Positions 36,876-48,800 of a DNA stretch of 64,000 bases are shown here, piece after piece. The stretch lies in the IMG/VR virus record IMGVR_UViG_3300017913_001833, positions 82,381 to 146,380 of that record. The stretch is one strand, 5' to 3'. The position numbers were made by a program, and so were the translations under genes. Position 1 is the first letter of the stretch, and each line of letters opens with the position of its first letter. The stretch is from a virus. Its lineage: Duplodnaviria > Caudoviricetes. The notes under the pieces are model-generated. The model was not told the origin of the DNA. It worked only from the letters and a program-made list of their open reading frames with translations, and did no database searches.

Positions 36876-39800
36876 CGCGGTAAGTCAGTTGTTGAATTCC
36901 TCAAGAATCTAGCAATATTTCCTTCAGCTTTACTTAGCTGTGTGCCAGGGTCACTCCAAATTCTTCCTTGCTTCCTGATAATGATTACTTTAGCATTTTC
37001 TGGTGCAGGCTCAGCTAGTGTAAGTGTTGTGCCTGAAACAGTAAATTCTGGGACTAGTGTTACATCACCTTCCGGTGAATCCATTTGCGGTGCGCTTACA
37101 GTATTACCATTGCCATCAATAGTTTCAAACTGATAACTGCTAATGCTGTTCTTACGCATACGTTTACCTGCAACAAATACTTCAAACTCATTTACACTGC
37201 TAGGTGTCCAATCTAGCTGGAATTCAGTACTTGTACCATCACCGTCTAGTGTTAATGTTATAGTTTCGTCTTTGTAAGGCATATTTTGATCAATACCTTG
37301 CTGATAAACTTCTGTTCCTTCTTTGTATACATCTTTAGCACCTGTACCAAGTGTTGCTCTGCGTAATTGTTTTAATGTATTACCATCTCTCACAAAGTAT
37401 TCAATACGCTCACCTTCAATAAAGATTATACTTGGTTGTGTAGGATTAGCAGGAGGTTGTGGTAATTTATCACCGTTCTCAACTTCAATAGTCTTATCCC
37501 ATGGATACAAATCTCTTACAAGTAACACATCTTCTGCACCAGTTAGGCGCTTGTAGTGTGTTCTGTTTAGCATATCTTTAAATTGTCTCCAACCAAATTT
37601 TTGTACAAGCTGTGTAGCTGCAAAATGTATAATATCAATTGTATCATTTTCTGCTATGTCATGCACAATCTTTAGATATTTTTTATTGTCTGTAACATAG
37701 TAATCTACGCTTGGTGACAATAGTGTGCCGTTCTTGGCTACCCATACATATTGCGCATCGGTGGCAGGTTTGCGTAGTTCAATTAATCCGTTACGTAAAT
37801 GACGTAGTTGATACCAGTTTTCACTTCCGTATGTTAATTTTGTACGTTCAACAACATCAAACTCTTGGCGTTCGATATCTTGTATGCTGTCGTTGTTAAA
37901 TGTGTATACAGTAATAATATCACTCGATTCATAAACATTATCCATGTAAATTGTGCCAGGTGTGCGTTGGAATTCACCTTCACTGTCCCAATAACCATAA
38001 GCATACTGTCCATCTTTGATTGCATAAACTCTAAGTGTATCTCCTGTAGTACCTACACCAGGAAGTAATGTAACTGTTGATCCTTCTTGTTGATCTAAAA
38101 TTACCCTAGGTTCTCCTGTGACTGGATCAATATCATTTTCATCTCTAATTGTGCTGTCAAATTCTCCTGCACTTACAAAATTCCATTGTTCTCCGTATGT
38201 AAGTTCTTCATCATTTAAGTAAACTAACAAGTCTTGATGATTAAATGTGCCAAGCGGTACTTGCCATAAATCTAATCTATATTCTCTAGTATCACTTACT
38301 GCAAACTGTTGACTGTATCCTGCTGTCAATATTGTATCATTAACTTTTACAATAGTATTGTGTTCGCTTGGTTTTGCACTAAATGGTGTAGTTGCAAGTG
38401 TATAAGTTAATGAACTACCGTCTCCGATAAATTCATCAATTTGTACTGAGCTGTAATTTTGTGTTAATCCTTCGAATACTCCAAAATTAATAATTTTATC
38501 ATTAGCAATAGGTTCAGGAAAACGTATAACAACATTACCAGGAACATCAAAACTACTATCATCACTTTCAACTAGAATAGTATTTTGTTTTACACCGTCT
38601 ATAGTTGCATAGTGCGACATGTTTTCTGTAAAACGTATGTTAGTTAAGAAGTCAACTGTGCTACCGTCTCCTACAAATGTACCATAATCTAAAACATTTT
38701 TTCCTGCAACATCTAAACTGACTATAGTTAATCTTACACCAGTCGCAGGAGCAACATCTAATGTTATACTTTTCCTGTCTGTGCTAAATGTGTAATCATC
38801 ATCTGTTTGAATACTATCGCCTACTTTTACAAACAAGTTGTTGTTAAACGCTATATTTTGATCTATGCTAAATGTCTTAGTGCTACCATCACCTATATAG
38901 TTAAAACTTCTAATATTACTTCCGCCGCCTGTTGGACGTTCATAAACTTGTATGTCAACTGTGTCTATAACTTGTCCTGGAACTATCTCTTCTGGACCTT
39001 TTGAAGTAGTAGGTGTTACAAATCCGTCACCGTCAACTGATATATCTTCTGCAGCTAATCCTGTTGCTGTAGTGTAACCTAAATTGCCGCCTTCAATTAC
39101 AGTGTCATATCCTGCAGGATCTGCTAGGAAGCTACCGTCACTTGTCTTTTTACGTATTACAAGTGTATCCCCATCTGCAACTCTTATGTTGTAATTGTCT
39201 AGATACAATATTGTTGTTTCGCCGTCACCTACAAGTGTTTCCATTGTAGCATTTTTGTTAGTAATTACAGTGCTACCGTCATAATCTGGGTCATCAATAC
39301 GCACATTATTTTTGTATACATTGTATTCAACACCGTTTTCTAATGCTTTAGCTAATTCAATTTGTGTAGTGCTTCCGTCAAACTTGAAAACTTCATCTTC
39401 ATATGTTTCATCATATGAATCCCACTTACCTGTAAACCAACCTTCTGCATCGAAGCCGCCTAAGTTTTCAAATCCAAAACTCTTAACTTCTACTCCACCA
39501 TAATCTATACCGTCCATTACTTGTGCAAGATCTTTACCAAACATACCTGTTGTTGGATCGTACAATAGATTTACTCTATCTTGTGCTGTTAAGAGATCTG
39601 GAGACTTTTTATATTTTATAACTATTGCTTTTGCAATAGCAGGAGGTGTAGTAAATGTTATTTCACCTTTATAACGCTGATAAGTTTTTGTGTTGTCAAC
39701 TTTGTTGCGATAAGTGTATTCACTTGACAACAACTCAGTACCACCTACAGTAATAGTGATGTTACTTGGCATTAAATCTATAGGCCATTTTAAATCAAAA

Positions 39801-42800
39801 ATGTATTTTGCACCAGTGCCTGTGAAGTTTTCAGTCTCGTCTAGTTTTGTAATAATGTAGCTAGAACTTATTCTGTCAAACTTAACATGCGTTGTAAAAC
39901 TTCTTACTGTTTCGTGTCCAATCACTGCACTAATACGTGCATCTTTTCCGTCTGGATTTGAACCATTTATTTCTAGAGTCGGTGCGCTTATGTATCCACT
40001 GCCTGGATTTATAACTTCGATAGAAGTAATCTTTCCATTTGCTCCAAGATAAGTTTGGAATTTTGCGCCAGTGCCTCCACCGCCAACTGCTGTTACAACA
40101 GGTGGCTCAACATATTTTAAACCGCCATCATAAATGTTTACACTTTTAATTTGATAACTTGCATTATCTAACCAATGTCTATATGGATAAGTTGTAATGT
40201 CTTTGTCAGTGCCTACAATCATATCTTCTAACACTTGTGCATTATGCGGTAGTATTGTTTTACTTCCTTCTAAATATCTAGGAGATAAATCAAAGTCTGT
40301 AATAACACTTCTTGTAGGTTCTAATCTTTCATAACTAGACAGGTATTCTCTTAGTTTTGTTTTGAAAGGCTTTACTTCTTCCAAGTAATCTTCATAACTT
40401 GGTAGATTGTCATTGTTGAAAGTAATATCTTCTCTTAGTTGCCCAACGTTATGTTGTGCTTTTACAAAGCTAGTCTTAAATGCCCAGTCTACATTTGGCT
40501 GTTCACTGAATGCATATCTAATACTTGCTAAGAATAACTTGTTATATTCAACTTCTAAATCATTTACGAAGATATCATCTCTAATTGTTTCTAATATTCT
40601 ACGTTGTTCAATAGTAGGCTGACTATCATAAAACTGCACATCAAAACTTATTGTATCAAATCCATTAAGTGATGCAGTTACATCATACAATCCTCTTTTG
40701 AATTGTATAGTACCATCTTGTCTACCAATAGTTTTATAGTTTACTGTATAGTCAGTTGTAGTCTTTTCGTCAATTTTTTGTAGAAGTAACCAACCGCCTG
40801 TGCCAATTGAACTAATTTTTACTACATCACCAATACTATCATTTAGTCCTGATAATTGATATGAATAATCTATTAAGTAATCTATTTCTGTGGTTGCATT
40901 ATATCCTGTATCATACCAGTCAGTATACTCCCAGTATAAAGTTGTATTGTATGCTTGGCTTCTGATTCTATTCCAAGTTGCACTATCTTCTAGTCTTTCG
41001 TATATTGCCCACTTACCTTGTATAGTTTCATCTGCATTAACAAGTGCAGTAAACTTTCTAACCGATATTGTAGTATCAGCACCATAGTTTTCACCTTGGT
41101 TGTTAACTGTTACACTTGTAACCTTACCTAGCGTATCAATAGTAAGCGTAAACTCTGCACCTTCTCCGTCACCAGTAATTTTGTATGTAGGTACAACTAG
41201 ATAACCTCTGCCGGGATCTGTAATTGTAACACGAACAATTTTACCATTTTCTATAACAGGAGTAAGAACTGCTTGTTTACTTTTAGCAACACCAATAAAT
41301 TCTAATTCTGCATAACTATCAACACTTGTATCATACAGTCTACTAATAGAGCTCGGTGCTTGTTCTAAATAATTTAAATTATTTAAATTTTTAGTTTCAA
41401 CAACTAAGTTAGTTTTAAGTACACCATTTACTCTTTCAATAACTTGCTTCAATGCTTCAACATTGTTTATAAACATACTTTGTCTAGGTGTGTTTAATAT
41501 ACCATATTTCTTTTTTGCACCAAGTGTATTGTCAGGCACAGGTCTATTTCTTGTATCATAACCTATTAAACTATCATACCACTTACGTTCAATATCTCTA
41601 TTAGGCTTACTCGTAGATAATCCATCACTTACAAGTTGATATTGATTGTGTATATTAGTATCTTGATCTTCTAGTGTATAGTATTGTATACTAATTGCAG
41701 TATCTTTGCCTTTGATTAATGTATCACAGTTATTAATTACAAACTGATTGTTAGAAATAAAGCTAATAAACTTATATCCATAGGAATAAGGATCTTTAAT
41801 TAACATTGCTGTGTTAAATGCGCTTTCAGTTCTAAATTCATTATTTGGAATAGTCTTTTTATCTTTGACCCAGTAGAAATATTTTGTAGTAAACGCTTGG
41901 CTTATTGGATCATAAACTTGCTTTTCAACATAGTTTGCTGTATTTTTTGCTTGTCCACTTATACCCTGTGCTAGTCCGTCATTTGTATCTGCTTGATCGT
42001 TCCAAGCAGTTGGAAGCAGACTACTTTCTACCCATTCATACACATCTATACTTGATCCTGTGTATAGTTTATTCCAATTATTTGTAGAATATGTAATATC
42101 TCCTTGATAAGGATTTAAAAACTTAGCATTATTTAGATCCCACCACAGTTGCCCGACTTGCTCTGGCCCCCATGTGTTCAGTTTGTCAACAACAACTCCT
42201 GTGCCTACTGAGTATGTTGCAGGATCATAGTAAGTTTTATAACGTAATTCTTGTTCTGCTACTCCAGGAATTTTTCCTTGCAATACATCAACATAATCAA
42301 GATAAGAAAGAAGTTCTTTTGTTTTAACATCATATAGTGTTACTTTCTTAATTTTGTTTAAGTCAACTGTATCCTTAGGAGTGCGCTTATTTGTCCAAAC
42401 TTTGTTAGGTACTCTATAATCTACAATTCTACCTGTTGTTGCCGCATTAGGTATTCTTGGCAACCCTACAATTACATGATTATTTCGTGCAACTATGTTT
42501 CTACCAAAGTAACCTACATCAGGATCGTTGTATTGAGCTATATCAGCATATAGTAATTTGCCGCCGATGTTTTCGTAAACATAAACAACACCGTCGTCTA
42601 TATTAACTTTTCTAAACTTTGTAAAGTTATTATCAAAAGTGGTTACAGTTCCGGTAATAGTCGAGGTAGGATCATTTACATATGTAGAACCTTTTTTCTT
42701 TTCTGAATAAATGTCAAAGGATGATTCAAATACGCTATCAGCATTTTTGCTTCCTATAGCAAGAACATCGCCTGTGTAAGATACAGTAAATCCAAATTGT

Positions 42801-45800
42801 TCAGCTCTTTCATTTTTTGGACTGTTTAATGTTTGATCTAGTACAAACACCCCATCTTTTTGTCTGTATATAAACACAGTACCTTGATCAGCATCAATAT
42901 CATCATCGGTAGGCGCACTAATTGCTAGGCTCATACCATCGTCAGCAATAGAAACACTTTCTCCAAATCCTATTGTTTTACTACTTGCTTCAATCAGTTG
43001 GCTGTATTCATAAAAACCGTTGTTGATTCTATATACAACAATTCCATTTGGCTTATCGGCATTGTATGTGACACTTGCTACAAGAACTTCACCGTTTAAA
43101 CTAACATCGAATGTTTTTCCAAACAGTCCCATAGCACTTTGATCTAGGACTGTACTTCCATCTGTGCTATCGTTTGTAACTGAGAATGTTGTGTCATTAG
43201 GCAAGTAACCTACATAATCTAACAAATCATCTGTGCTAGTCCAATCGTTAGTGTTAAAACTTCCTGCAGCTAAGTTTGTCTTTGCTTTAAGTAAGCCATT
43301 TCCTAAGATAATAATATCATCTTCTTGATAAGATCTAGCAGTGCTAAATTCTCCTTGAAATCTTTTGTTTTTTGCACTGTCCCAATCAAAGGAAGCATTA
43401 TTTTCTGTGCCTTTTTTGTATTGATAGATTGTACCTAAACCTTCTGGTGGTGTAGAATCTTCTCCACCTTTATCAGCATATACAAACAATCTATACAAAT
43501 CATTCATCTTTGCACCTTTTACTGTAGTGCCTAGTCTTTGATTGTCTGCTCTGTATTCATTAATGTAGTAACCTTCTGCCTCATATTCACCACCTGGAGT
43601 GCTTTGCCAAATACTAAACATTCCTTCATTTATTCTTGTGCTTAGGTTGCGTTCTGCAAAAGCATCTACAGGAATTTTGTAAACTTCTGTCCAATCATTA
43701 CTGTCTGGATTTGGAATAGTAGCTTGACGAGGTATACCATCAACTTTTGCATTATCATAAAACCAATATTCAGCTTCTAATAAAATATTTTCACTTGGTA
43801 ATACTGCTGGTACTCCATCGAATACTAAAAATTTACCAATACCAAATGGTGCATAACTGAATCCTACTTTGTCAATTTGTCCAAAAACACGATCTGCTTG
43901 GTACAATGGATTAGCTCGGCCAGCATCACCTATAAATTCTATCTCAGTGTTGTCTCCGAAATCGTTACCTAAACTAAACGTTCCTGTAGTATTTTTTACA
44001 TAGATAGTAGCGTTTAGACCATCTCTCTCATAAAATACAACATCGGCTTCTGCACCTGTTGACAAATCTCTAACTCTTAGTGCATCGCCGCCTCCTAGTA
44101 CAATAGGCTCAAACACGTTACCTAAACTATCAAACTTTGTAAAGTTAAATTTAATATAGCCGTCCCAGATATCTGTAATTGTTTGTTCTTTGTTTGTAAT
44201 TGCAGTTGTAAGGCCGATTTCAGTTACATCTTGGTAGCTGTTATCATTCCAACGCGGTAGCTGATCAACATATAAATTAATTTTATCCCCTATTGTAACA
44301 GAATCTGTAAGAGCTTTTGCAGCTTTTACAATATAACGACTGTCATATATAGGTGCTGTTACTCCTCCAGCTCCTGGTGCACCTTGAGTATTAAGTGTGC
44401 GGATGTAACTTCCTATACTGTTTTCACTGTTTACACTACTGTCATCGTCATAATCTAGACTATTAAAATATCTTCTGTTTTGATTTGTTTGACCACTAGG
44501 TGTAAAATCTTCGTAAACAAGTCCTCTGCCAGGATCTATGTTTGCACTTGTTGTTGCTCCTGTTGTATATGCCACAACACTGTCAATTACCCAATAGCCG
44601 CCCCATTGTGCAGAATAATCAGCATCATCTGAATGTAAACTCTTAACAAATTCACCTACAAAATCTCCGTTATCAAAAAACAAACTGCCTGCTGTTGGGA
44701 AAGAACCATTTACATCTTTCATGTATATTGAAACTTGTGCGCCTACACTGAAAACATATGCAACTGTACCTGATGCTCCACTTGTTTCAATAACATCTCC
44801 TACAATAGGAGTATTGGTAGCACCATCAACATATAACACAGAATCTATCTTGTATAATATCTGATGCTCACCTGTTAAGAATTGTGGGGAAATACTAGGA
44901 AATCTGCTGTTAAATGGTGCAATATCTTCTATTACATTCCTGTTTTGATATGCATTTGATCTTTGATTCCATTTTAATGAAATCGTATCGCCAACTTTCG
45001 AACCTTGATATTGGTTGTATGGAGCACGTACAATTATTTGATCAGTGCTTACATTAGGTAAAGGAAAATTACCAGTGGCAAGTACAGTAGGAGCATCATC
45101 GTTTTCGTCAGTTAGTCCTAATGCTATACGTATTCCTGTAACACTGTTAAAACTATCAAATTGTATTGATGCTTCTTCGCCTTCTATTCCGCGCTCTGCT
45201 CGCCATATTGCACTATCATATTTTACAATATCATTCTTTAGGTAATCTTGTGAAGACACATAGTCATCTTGATATCTTGTTTTAACATGAGAAGCATTAG
45301 GCGAACCAACATAAATGTATTTTCCATCTTCTGATACATCAACACTTGCTCCAAAGCGTTCTCCGTCTAATGATGCGTTTGTCAATGGTGTAAGTTCTTG
45401 GCGTAATACCCAGTTAGTTGTTTCGCTAGGACGAGTATAAACTAAAACTTTACCATTACCTTGATCAGGCATACCAACAGCCATTATTGTATTTCTTTTG
45501 TTGACAGCAAGAGCACTAGCAAATTGTCCTAGTGTAGAATCGTCCCCGTATGTATTAGTGATTACTTGTGCTTCTACATAGTTGTTAGTATTTTCTACAA
45601 CACTCCACTTACCATCGGATGCACTGTCAATCCAAAGTATGTCTCTATCTTCTAATGTTTTTTGTGCAATCTTATTTGCGTGGTCTACATCACTTGCTCT
45701 TACTTTAGTAAATCTTGTGATATAACCTTTTGTGCTTGCAACATCATCAACCGCCTCATCATAAGATACTGTAACATTATCGCCTACTATACTTTTTACT

Positions 45801-48800
45801 GTATAAAATCCTTCAACTGACTCTACATCAAAAATACCAATTATATCACCAACGCTGATATCAACAGCAGAAGTTGACAAGTTCAATGTAAATTCTTCAT
45901 CACCACTTGTTACACTAGTAATAATATTTGGTGTGTTTGTATATTTGTAAACATTCCAAGTTTGTCCGTCAGTTCCTACCCATACATAGTCACCTTGTCT
46001 TATATCTTCAAACTGTATGTCTAGTAAACTGTTGTATGTGTCAGTTACAATTTTAACATCTTCTAGATTTGTATATCCTGCATCTTTTACATAAGGTTTT
46101 GAAACATATGTTGTTGGGAAAGGTTTGTGATCATAGTTTTCAGTTTTCTGATAAACTTGATACGGTTGTATTTTAAAAATTAGATCTGTGTCGTTACTAT
46201 CAACTCTTTGCACCAGCTCAACAGGCTGTGGAGCTAATTTAAATGCTGTTTCGTCTAATAGATAATCTACTTCTTCAAAACTATCTACTGCTCCATATTG
46301 TCCGTCTTTGATTGCCCATTCTTCGTAAAACTCTAAACTATCTTTATCGGCACTAGCAAGTGCATCAAACATTTTTGTAAGAGCATTTTTTGTACCTTTA
46401 TCTTGGATCATACCCTGATAGAATTTATACTGACTTACATCATCATTAATAATATTTTCTAAATACTGACGTTTCTGATAACCTATCAAATGTTGTGCAA
46501 GCCTTTGTTGTTCAACATCAAAATTATCACTATCTAAATCGTAAAAATCAGTAAACTGAATTGCTTTATAATCCCAATTACTATATAATCCGCCTGCAGG
46601 CTTATCTGTTAATCTAGCCCATTGACTGTCAACAAATGTTTCTGTACCAGGAATTTTTATATCTGCACTATAGTAAAATTCTTTATGCTTTACAATGCTT
46701 CCTATATCATAGTCAGTCCAAGGTGTCCATTCTACTATTTTTGCACTGTCATAAAAGAATCCTGGAATACTTATACTACCATTCCATTCATCTGTTTTAT
46801 ATCCTGCAACCTTAATACGTTCTTGTCTATAACCAGGTTCCTGATCATATATAATATCACCGAACACTGTTTTATTATCAAGCATCACAACATGTTCTTT
46901 TTGCACTAGCGGTAGTGTAATTGCATATATGCCATCAGCAGTGTTACGTGTATGCATGTAGAATTCGTTTGGTGTTTCTCTACCTACTGCAATAAATTCT
47001 GTGTTAAGTTTTTTACCGTCTGCTTTAACTAGACTGTAACCCAATAGTGTTTCATATACGTTTGAAACAACACTATAATCACTTACGAATTTAAGTTTTT
47101 GTGCCGCAGGTGATACAGTTAGTAATGTACCGTTGTCCCAACGCTGTGTTGTCCAGAACATAAACTGTTTTGAACTATATGCCCAATCTTGAACAATAGC
47201 TTCATTGCCATCATAGTTGTCAAAAACAAATCCTTGTTCTTCTAACCATTTACCATACCCTAACATAAAGTCAACAACTTCTTGTATGGAGCCAAATGTT
47301 GTGCCGTAGTTAACTTCTGTAACTATTTCAGTATTAAATAATTTTGCAAAACTCGCTCTTACTCCTCCGTTAATCGGAAGTTCAGCTAGTTTCTTACTCT
47401 TAGTTGAATCTAATGCAGCACCACTTGTGTGTGATTCAGTTATTCTGTAGTATGCATTTTGATATTCAACTATATAACCTTGCTCATAATATTTGCCATC
47501 TGTCCATTTTAAAAAGTCTTCGCTGATGCCACCTATTGTTATTACAGGATCACTTTGCTGTTTAATAACTTTATGTGTTTTGAAAACTGCACTTGTATTG
47601 CTATACCCACGAACTGTGTATCCACCCGAGACTTTCTCAACAATCACGCCACTATATGCTACAGTTTTTATTGGAGTGCTTGTGTTTAAAAATATTTCAT
47701 AATTTTCTTCAGGTACAAAAACATTACCTTGGTTAGAAGGACTTCTACTGTCAAGTATTAATTTAAACTTTGCTTTTTCTGTGAATGCACCAAGTTTAAA
47801 TCCAACGTTGTTTGTAATTGCAGAAACTGCTTCTTTATATGTTTTATAACTTGCAGTTATATCTACAAACATATAGTCTGCTATGTAGTTAACAATTCCA
47901 CTTGTATACGTTTGAATATCATCTTCAACACTTGCTGGATAAACAATTTTATCAAGTTCAATATGCTTGCCTGTATCTTTATAAATTATTTGTCCTGAAA
48001 CATCTCTTGTTTGTCTAGATCTATCAAATGCTGTAGCAAACATTCTTGCTGGTGCATTTAAAACCAAACTTGTTATAAGACTAAAAGGATACTCGCTTGA
48101 TTTGCGCCAGGCAGATTCTACAGGAGCGCCGTCGCCAAATTTAAAATTATCTTCTATACCTAGGCTTGTAAAATTCTGTGCGTAACCGCTTGCAAGAGGA
48201 CTTAATAGTTCTCCGCTAGGTCCTGCAGGTATATGTTGTGTAAGATTTGGACGCTTATACTTTTCAATATATCTTGCAGCCTTGTTAGGTTCTGCAATTT
48301 TACCTGCTTCTAAATCCTGCCATAACACTAAGTTATCACCAGTATATGGTGCTGGGCCATATTTTGTTTCCCACCAAGTAGGTTTAATCTGGAAGCCTAG
48401 CATTTCCCAAGGATGTGTATGCGGGCGATCTGTATCATACGCTAACATATATACTTGACGCCAATATCCTGGAAGCACCTTTCCAGTTGGACTTTGCATA
48501 GACTCATAATTAAAAGTAAAACTATCTGATCTTACTAGATTGTTTTTTGTATATTGTGTGTCAGCAATTTTTGTCCAATCAATAAAATCACTTAGCATGC
48601 CTTTGTCAACATTTGCCTTAGGCGTGTTTACATCTCGTACATCACCTTCAACATAATCTGTCAAGTCAAAATTAGTTTCGTCATATGCAATTTTAATGTT
48701 ATTATAGATACGTTTTTCTAATTCTAAAATTAAGTTGTCTCTAAAATCATCATATGCTTTTACAATACTACCGTCATGCCCTTGAATTACGTCAACTGTT